Origin: an uncultured Lentisphaerota bacterium
GTDB lineage: Bacteria; Verrucomicrobiota; Kiritimatiellia; RFP12; UBA1067
Assembly (NCBI GenBank): GCA_900320225.1
Contig: ONRL01000001.1
Span: forward strand, 1,325 to 65,324
DNA length: 64,000 nucleotides
Reading direction: 5' to 3'
The first letter of the stretch is position 1. Every line of letters begins with the position of its first letter. Shown one piece after another: positions 58,160 through 64,000 of the stretch. The notes under the pieces are model-generated. The model saw only the letters and a list, made by a program, of their open reading frames with translations, made no database searches and was not told the origin of the DNA. The position numbers and the translations under genes were made by a program.

Positions 58160-61100
58160 TCAGTCGAAATCGCCATCCCAGCCTTCCGCCTCGACCTGCC
58201 GCTTCGCCCTTCTGTACATCTTTTCGTCATTCGACATCTTCCTGAGCGTCTTCCCGATCGGATCGAACTCGCTTCCCATCTTCGCCGCGATGCCCTGCAC
58301 CTTCTTGAACGCCAGGCCCTCGATGATCTCCGCGTCCTCCTCGGGCAATCCCAGCTCCGCTACCCTCGCCGCGAGCATCTCGCTGTAGTCGAAGTCCTCG
58401 CCTTTCGCCCTCACCGCCTCGATCACCTCGTCCGCCACGCGCTGCGCGGCCGCCCTGAGCGGCGCGCTGTCGTCCCGCCGGTACTTCTCCAGCCTCCGCG
58501 CGATCCGCTCGTTGCCGCCGTTCTGGAATGTGATGAGCCCGCTCGCCGCCGCCGACAGGAACGGTATCGAATGCAGCGCCTGGAAGATCGTCTTGCCGCC
58601 GATCGGCATGCAGCCGGCCTCGCCCTCCTCCGCTCCGCTGAGCGCCCACTGTCCCTGGTCGTCGTACGCCCCCTCGTCCTCGTCCCAGGTAGTGGCCGGC
58701 ATGACTACCTGCCCGCCCACGTCGTTCCACAGCTGCTTGCCTACCTTCGTCGCCATGTTGCCCGGATCCGCGAACCTCGACTCGAAGTCCGCCTCGCTGT
58801 ACACCGTGCGCTGCGTGAACGAGTTGTACGGGTTCCACCCGACGAGCGGGCCGATCGCGTCCTGGAACAGCGACATGAGCAGTCCCCTTCTCGTGAGGTC
58901 CGGCACCAGTCCGCTGTTCAGCACCGTGTTCTGCACCGCCTGCGAGCCCGTGTAGTTCAGGTCCGTCGGCAGCGAGAATCCCGCCTCCTCGGCGCGCTCA
59001 GACCCCAGCAGGCCGTGCGCCAGCAGGTCCACCGCCGGCATGAGCAGCCTGTCCTCGTCGCCGCGCGGCATCGAGATCGCGAGCGTGCTCCACTTGCCGT
59101 ACAACCCGACCGGCACGATGTCGTAGTTTCTCAGACGATAGTCGCTGCAGTTCGCGAGGCCGTGCGCCATGCGCCGGCCGAACCTCATCAGCCACCCGGC
59201 GTTCTTCTGCTTCTCCTCGTCGTCTCCCGCCTCCTCCCCGAGCATCTTTGCGAGGACCGCGTACCCGCCGCCCATCCACAGCACGCTCGTCGCGAGGCGC
59301 CCGGCGATCCGGCTCGCCGCCTTCGTCCACCAGGCCTTCGGATCGTAGCGCATCGCCTCCAGCGTGCGGTACGCGCCCTTCATGCCCACGTTCATGAACG
59401 GGCCGCACGCGAACTCGATGTAGTTCATCGCGCGTCCCCGGTTCTCGTACCGCGGGCTCCCGCTCATCGTCGCCACCTGGTAGGTGATCTCGTCCGCCGA
59501 CCTCGGCGCCTCCCGTCCCTGCGCGCGCGCCAGCTCCGCCTCGTGCTCCGCCGCGAGGAGCGCGATCAGCTTCACGCGCGCCTCCTCGAAGTCGTTGAAC
59601 CGCTTCACCGTCTCCGCCCGGCGCTGCATCCACCTCTTCACGCGCTTTATGCCGGTCAGCTTCGTGCCGTCTAAGTTCGTCTCCATGCCCAGCGTGCGCA
59701 TGAGCTCGTCGATGTCCGTCTTGCCGCTTTCGCCCATGATCTGCTTCCTGACGCCGGCGAAGATCGGCAGCTTCATCACGCCCCTGCACTTCTCCACGTC
59801 CTCCATGATGCGCTGCGCCTGTGCCGTCTTCCCCTGCCCGGCCAGCCGGTCCGCCTCCGCGATCCTCTGCTGCAGCAGCTTCGGGTCCTGCATCAGCTTC
59901 GCGATCCGCGTCGCCTCCGCCTCGTAGTAGATGTTCGTCTTGTCGCCGTACAGCAGGTTCATCAGGCCGTTGCGCGCGAACCTGTCCGGCAGGTGCGCCG
60001 CCGCGCGCTCCATCAGGAACGTCGCGAGGCGCGCGATCGGACGTAGGCCCACCAGCCCCGCCGCGCCCACGAACTTCCCCTCGCCCATCCAAGCGATGTT
60101 GTTCGCGTTGCTCGCCCGGTTGCGCCAGATGTTGCGCAGCGCGAAACGCGGGCTGTACTGCGTGAGTACCGCGCTGATCGCCCGGTTGATCTTCACGACC
60201 TTGCTCACGCCCTTCGCGTCGTGCTCGAACCCGTCCGCCACGACCTTCGGCATGACGAGCGTCATGCGCCTGCCGTCCTTCAGGAACGTCACGCTCCCGT
60301 ACCTGTTGCTCCCCTTCAGACGGCCGCCGCCGCCCCGGTCCTCCATCACCGCGAACCCCTCGAGCCCCAGCGTCTTCGACGCCTCCGCGAGCGAGCACGC
60401 CCAGTGGTTGCGCTGCGCGAACTCGACGATCCGCAGGTCGTTCTCGAGCGTCGCCGCGAGCGGGTCCTTCACCGCCTTGAGGCTCCCGACGAGCGGCTTC
60501 ATGAACGAGCTTCCCGACGCGCCGCTGCCCTTGAGCGCGTGCATGTCCATGAGCGCCTCGATCTCCGCGATCACCGTGCTCTCGCCCGGATGGCGCTTCA
60601 TCCAGTCCTCGCGCGCGGCCCTGTACGCCTCCACCTCCTCGGCCGTCCACGTCCGCTCGCTCCGCACGTAGCTCGCGTTCATCCGCCAGTAGCCCACGAG
60701 GTCCCGGCCAAACGCCTCCAGCACGAACTCGTTCTCGAGGATGTGCTGCTCGCGGAGCGCCTGGAATCGCTTCGCCGCCGTCTCGAGACGCGTCCAGCCG
60801 TCCGCGCCCAGACGCCCCTCCAAATCCTTCAGCACCTTGTCCGCCTCGCGCTGGTCCATGCCCAGCGCCGCGGCCTTGCCCTTCTGGTGCATGCCGTCCC
60901 GCACGCTCTTCGCGTAGAGATAGCGCCGCAGGTCGTCCAGCTGCACGCCGTCCTTCGCCACCTCGTCCATGATGTGCTCGGCGAAGTCGAGCGCGTACCT
61001 TCTGCCCTTTCCCCCTCCTCTCTGCTTTTCTAGCAGCGCCGCATTTATCTTATTCAGCTCATCCTTCACACTTCTGGCCAGCAGATCGTACTTTTCCTTT

Positions 61101-64000
61101 TCGATCTTCCCCGCCTTCTTCAGACGCTTCAGTTCCGCCAGCTTCTCGCGTACCGCGTCCGTCACCCACATGACGGCCGGGCCCTCCGTCGAGTCCAATT
61201 CCAGCAACAGTCGCGCGCGCGTGCGCTTCCACCAGTTCCCGATCGGCTTGTCCATCTCGGCCAGCAACTCCTTGATTGTCGCCTGCTGGTCTGCATCCCA
61301 CTGCCGCTCGATGTCGCGCATCACGCGCTCGTGCGGACCCTCCGCGTCGCGCGTGCGCCGGAGCGCGTTCCACGCCTCGGACAGCTTCTCGTTCCCGGCG
61401 ATCGCCTCCACCATCTTCGCGTACACCTTCGGCGCGTGCGCCTCCAGCCCCACGGGATCCGCCAGGAACATGCCGAACATCTCCGCCCACAGCTCGCTCG
61501 CCGCCACCCCTTCGCTCTTCTTTGCCGTCGGGTCCTTCCTGACGGGATCCTGCTCGCGCCACCACCTCGCGGCCTCCTGCGCCTCCTTGCCGAGCTCGCC
61601 CTTCGTGTCGCCCAGCTCCTTCGAGATGCCCATGCCGAGCTTGCGCAGGTCCTTCAGGCACTGCGGCGCGCCGGCCGTCGTCGGCAGCTCGCACGCTATG
61701 CGCCCGATTTCCTTCGCGAGGATGTTCACGGCGGTGCGGCCGCCGCCGCTCGTCTTGCCCTTGATCCTGGCCTCCGCGAGCCCCTCCATCTCCTCGGCGA
61801 GCGCCTGCTCGCTCAGCTCCTTCATGGCCTTCACTTCTTCGTAGCTGTTGTGCAGCCGCCACGACGGATCCTCGTTGAGGAACATGCCGTCCTTCTTCAG
61901 CCCGGCCTTGACCGCCTCCAGGTCGCTCTTGTCCACGATGCCGAACGCGGCCGCGTTGAGACGCAGCCTGCCGTCGCGGCCCCTGCCCGCGAGCCACGGC
62001 ATCTTCTCGAGTATCTTGGGCATGTGCGCGTTCGCCGCGAGCGCGCGGTAGAGGCGCAGTGCCTCGCTGTAGGCGAGCGTCATGCTGCCGTCCTGCGACG
62101 GCCCGGCCTGCCCTTCCCGCTCGAGATAGAGGTTCGCGCCCGCGTCGAAACCGGCCTCTGTGCGCTCGCTCCGCCCGGCCGCCACGCGCTGCCCTCCGGC
62201 GCGCACGGCCCTCAGCACGTCGTCGTACACCTCGTCCCTGCGCTTACCGCCGCGCGCGTAGCGGATGTCTGGATTTTCCGGATCGAACGTGCCGATGTTG
62301 TCCGTTGCGCTCTTGACCTGCGCCCCGCCGTCCAGCGGCACGTAGCTCACGCCTCTGTATTTCACCCCGCTTCCCGTCGGGTCTCCTCCCTCGTCATAGA
62401 CGATGCCGTCGTACTTGTCACCGAAGTTCTCGCGCAGGAACTCCCCGTCTACGATCGACGCCTCGCCCCAGTCCAGCGCGCCCGACTTTCCTTTTATGAA
62501 TTCGTGGTCCGGGAAGATGCTCTGCAAGTCCTTCAGGCATTCAGGATCCCTGATGTCGAAGGGCCTGCGGATGTTCAGGTAGTACGCGCCCACCTTTCCG
62601 CCGTTGCCCGTGTACCTCTTTGCGTATTCCGGGTCTGCCGTGAAGTATGCCTCCGGCTTGATAACGCCCTTGCCCGCCTCCTGCGCGAGCGGATCGTACG
62701 GCGATCCCCGATACACCACCAGCGGCTCGCCGTTTTCGTCTACGACTTTCGACGCGTTCGCCGGATCCTTCTTCACGTCGCCGAAGAATTCCTTGAATTG
62801 GCGCGTCTCCGTCTGGCTTGAGATTTTTGCAGCCTGCGCCTTGACCGGCGAACCGGGATCGTGTATACTATGCACCAATCCATTCACTTGCTTTCGTTTG
62901 GCATACTTTAGCCCTAGGCTTGCAAGTTGTGGATTTGCTTTGGCCAGCGAGGTGAAAACCCTGCTGGTCTTTGCATTATCCATGTAGAATACTCCGATAT
63001 CGCCCTTGCCTTCAGCCTCAATTGCCTCTTTCACAAGTCCTGTCCATGCGTTTCTGCGTCCATGTGCGCTTGTCATGACATGTGCCGTTATTTTGCCGCT
63101 GTTAATTTCTGGCTCTCCGTTTATAACTATCGGCAGAATCATGTCCCCTTCTGGCGTTGACACAGATGTGATCGCGACCACACTTGTGTCTTTGCCTTTC
63201 TTGGACCTCGACGCTATCACCATCACAGGCTTTTTCAACGCACCAGGGACCTTCTTCAAGTTGTCGCCCAGGCCGTGCATGTGCCCGCCGATATTCCAGT
63301 TCACGCCGTCCTGCTTCGTGAAGTAGCATGTCTCGATGTGGTGCTGCGTCATCATCACAGGCAACTTAACGAATCCTATTTCCTCTAATGCGCTCGGCGT
63401 CTCTCCTACAAACACATAATCGTCAGATATAAGCTTCGCGTTTCTTCCGCCAGCCCTTCTGTTCGCCACGATCTTGTCAACGGCCTTGTCGAACGGCACT
63501 TCGTAATATCGCTGATTCTTCCCTTTCTCGCTGAGTTTCGATACAGGCACCCCGCCCCTGCTGTACCTGATCTCGCCGTCTGTCCACTTGTGGTCCACGC
63601 GGATGTGCTCGTCCGAGAACGCGACGTAGTTCCAGCCCGCCGTGTCGCCGTCCTTCACGCTCTTGCCGCCGTAGGAGTCGACCGGGTACTTCACGCCGTC
63701 GATCCCCGCGCGGTAAAGGAACTCGGAGGCGGCCTGCGGAGAGCCGAGGAGTCTTGACAGGCTTTCGTATATTGCGTCTCCGCTGTTGCCGTTGTCGGTA
63801 ATGAAATGCTCCAGGTCGCCGTTGAAGCGAAGCCACCAGGCTCCTTTTAGCTTTTCGCGCAGACCTTCCTTCTCCGCCTGTGCGATCACCCTGTCCCAGT
63901 TGGCGTCGGAAATAGCGTCGTACCACTTCAGCAGGTGGCTCTCGTCGCCCTCCGCCCGGTTCGTGAAGAACGTCTGCTCGTAGAGGTTGGCTCGCGCCTC
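58160..64000 (-). CDS. second giant polyvalent-type protein (>1946 aa, N-terminus beyond window end)
   Basis: The track ORF is 58160..63889 (1909 aa), but the same frame stays open for all 37 codons up to position 64000 (EARANLYEQTFFTNRAEGDESHLLKWYDAISDANWDR then VIAQAEKEG). It contains a MuF-C-like block, an ART-like block and a long C-terminal region colinear with the prophage giant protein. Confidence 0.8.
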   Translation of the reverse strand, partial: EARANLYEQTFFTNRAEGDESHLLKWYDAISDANWDRVIAQAEKEGLREKLKGAWWLRFNGDLEHFITDNGNSGDAIYESLSRLLGSPQAASEFLYRAGIDGVKYPVDSYGGKSVKDGDTAGWNYVAFSDEHIRVDHKWTDGEIRYSRGGVPVSKLSEKGKNQRYYEVPFDKAVDKIVANRRAGGRNAKLISDDYVFVGETPSALEEIGFVKLPVMMTQHHIETCYFTKQDGVNWNIGGHMHGLGDNLKKVPGALKKPVMVIASRSKKGKDTSVVAITSVSTPEGDMILPIVINGEPEINSGKITAHVMTSAHGRRNAWTGLVKEAIEAEGKGDIGVFYMDNAKTSRVFTSLAKANPQLASLGLKYAKRKQVNGLVHSIHDPGSPVKAQAAKISSQTETRQFKEFFGDVKKDPANASKVVDENGEPLVVYRGSPYDPLAQEAGKGVIKPEAYFTADPEYAKRYTGNGGKVGAYYLNIRRPFDIRDPECLKDLQSIFPDHEFIKGKSGALDWGEASIVDGEFLRENFGDKYDGIVYDEGGDPTGSGVKYRGVSYVPLDGGAQVKSATDNIGTFDPENPDIRYARGGKRRDEVYDDVLRAVRAGGQRVAAGRSERTEAGFDAGANLYLEREGQAGPSQDGSMTLAYSEALRLYRALAANAHMPKILEKMPWLAGRGRDGRLRLNAAAFGIVDKSDLEAVKAGLKKDGMFLNEDPSWRLHNSYEEVKAMKELSEQALAEEMEGLAEARIKGKTSGGGRTAVNILAKEIGRIACELPTTAGAPQCLKDLRKLGMGISKELGDTKGELGKEAQEAARWWREQDPVRKDPTAKKSEGVAASELWAEMFGMFLADPVGLEAHAPKVYAKMVEAIAGNEKLSEAWNALRRTRDAEGPHERVMRDIERQWDADQQATIKELLAEMDKPIGNWWKRTRARLLLELDSTEGPAVMWVTDAVREKLAELKRLKKAGKIEKEKYDLLARSVKDELNKINAALLEKQRGGGKGRRYALDFAEHIMDEVAKDGVQLDDLRRYLYAKSVRDGMHQKGKAAALGMDQREADKVLKDLEGRLGADGWTRLETAAKRFQALREQHILENEFVLEAFGRDLVGYWRMNASYVRSERTWTAEEVEAYRAAREDWMKRHPGESTVIAEIEALMDMHALKGSGASGSSFMKPLVGSLKAVKDPLAATLENDLRIVEFAQRNHWACSLAEASKTLGLEGFAVMEDRGGGGRLKGSNRYGSVTFLKDGRRMTLVMPKVVADGFEHDAKGVSKVVKINRAISAVLTQYSPRFALRNIWRNRASNANNIAWMGEGKFVGAAGLVGLRPIARLATFLMERAAAHLPDRFARNGLMNLLYGDKTNIYYEAEATRIAKLMQDPKLLQQRIAEADRLAGQGKTAQAQRIMEDVEKCRGVMKLPIFAGVRKQIMGESGKTDIDELMRTLGMETNLDGTKLTGIKRVKRWMQRRAETVKRFNDFEEARVKLIALLAAEHEAELARAQGREAPRSADEITYQVATMSGSPRYENRGRAMNYIEFACGPFMNVGMKGAYRTLEAMRYDPKAWWTKAASRIAGRLATSVLWMGGGYAVLAKMLGEEAGDDEEKQKNAGWLMRFGRRMAHGLANCSDYRLRNYDIVPVGLYGKWSTLAISMPRGDEDRLLMPAVDLLAHGLLGSERAEEAGFSLPTDLNYTGSQAVQNTVLNSGLVPDLTRRGLLMSLFQDAIGPLVGWNPYNSFTQRTVYSEADFESRFADPGNMATKVGKQLWNDVGGQVVMPATTWDEDEGAYDDQGQWALSGAEEGEAGCMPIGGKTIFQALHSIPFLSAAASGLITFQNGGNERIARRLEKYRRDDSAPLRAAAQRVADEVIEAVRAKGEDFDYSEMLAARVAELGLPEEDAEIIEGLAFKKVQGIAAKMGSEFDPIGKTLRKMSNDEKMYRRAKRQVEAEGWDGDFD
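62290..62770 (-). other. ART-like (polyvalent-type ADP-ribosyltransferase-like) block
   Basis: GEPLVVYRGSPYDP...AYFTADPEYAKRY...GAYYLNIRRPFDI...YDGIVYDEGG shows a YRG / T-A-D / acidic pattern as in ART-fold modules of polyvalent and MuF proteins. Confidence 0.35.
63040..63370 (-). other. MuF C-terminal-like block (low-GC patch)
   Basis: LPVMMTQHHIETCYF...HGLGDNLKKVPGALKKPVMVIASRSKKGKDTSVVAITSV...ILPIVINGE...AHVMTSAHGRRN follows the MuF_C pattern (PL.M....I.K....H.L....L..LP..L..P..V..S......V....). Confidence 0.4.

Noticed and set aside
57853-58388. Small + ORFs (92 aa, 118 aa) around tRNA-Arg
   Set aside because: They cross the tRNA gene, its promoter region and the 3' end of the giant minus-strand gene. 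They show no coding signal.
58121-62821. 517-aa, 270-aa, 291-aa and 496-aa + ORFs opposite the second giant gene
   Set aside because: They are antisense shadows (Arg/Pro/Leu/His-rich). The minus frame is continuous for more than 5.8 kb and carries recognisable modules.

Overview
High-GC bacterial chromosome segment, roughly two-thirds G+C by eye, so most long antisense ORFs in the track are shadows. There are three parts.

(1) 1..12.6 kb is ordinary host DNA. It holds a Tat-signal Gfo/Idh/MocA oxidoreductase (partial), a CocE/NonD hydrolase, tRNA-Leu(UAG), a histidine acid phosphatase, miaB, an SDR, a TrmH/SpoU methyltransferase, a TetR-TMEM43-exported protein operon and a 903-aa secreted protein.

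(2) 12601..57970 is an apparently complete ~45.3 kb temperate, podovirus-like prophage inserted in the 3' end of tRNA-Arg(CCG).
- Insertion site: exact 28-bp att repeats, arm-type repeats inside both ends, and a tyrosine integrase next to the tRNA.
- Left-end control region: three small ribbon-helix-helix-like proteins, a 16-bp operator-like repeat in 3 copies, and two minus-strand membrane-protein genes driven by near-identical leaderless extended -10 promoters.
- Replication/accessory block: phage dnaN, PcfK-like (AcrIIA9 family), HD, ASCH, PcfJ-like and primase-helicase genes.
- Virion genes: terS/terL, portal, scaffold, capsid, fibres, a cluster of exported proteins, adaptor, a 1550-aa nozzle and internal virion proteins.
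- Last virion gene: an 11.5-kb ORF encoding a ~3845-aa polyvalent protein.

(3) 58160..64000 is a second giant polyvalent-type gene (more than 1946 aa, still open at the window end) that abuts the 5' side of the same tRNA.

The most unusual signals are:
- the two giant multi-domain genes flanking one tRNA;
- a 22-bp DNA motif present 4 times in two different reading frames;
- the RHH/operator control region with no CI/Cro-type repressor;
- the leaderless membrane-protein genes at the left end;
- the absence of any recognisable lysis enzyme.

No rRNA genes, CRISPR arrays or transposases were seen. All family assignments are by eye from motifs and need HMM or structure confirmation.
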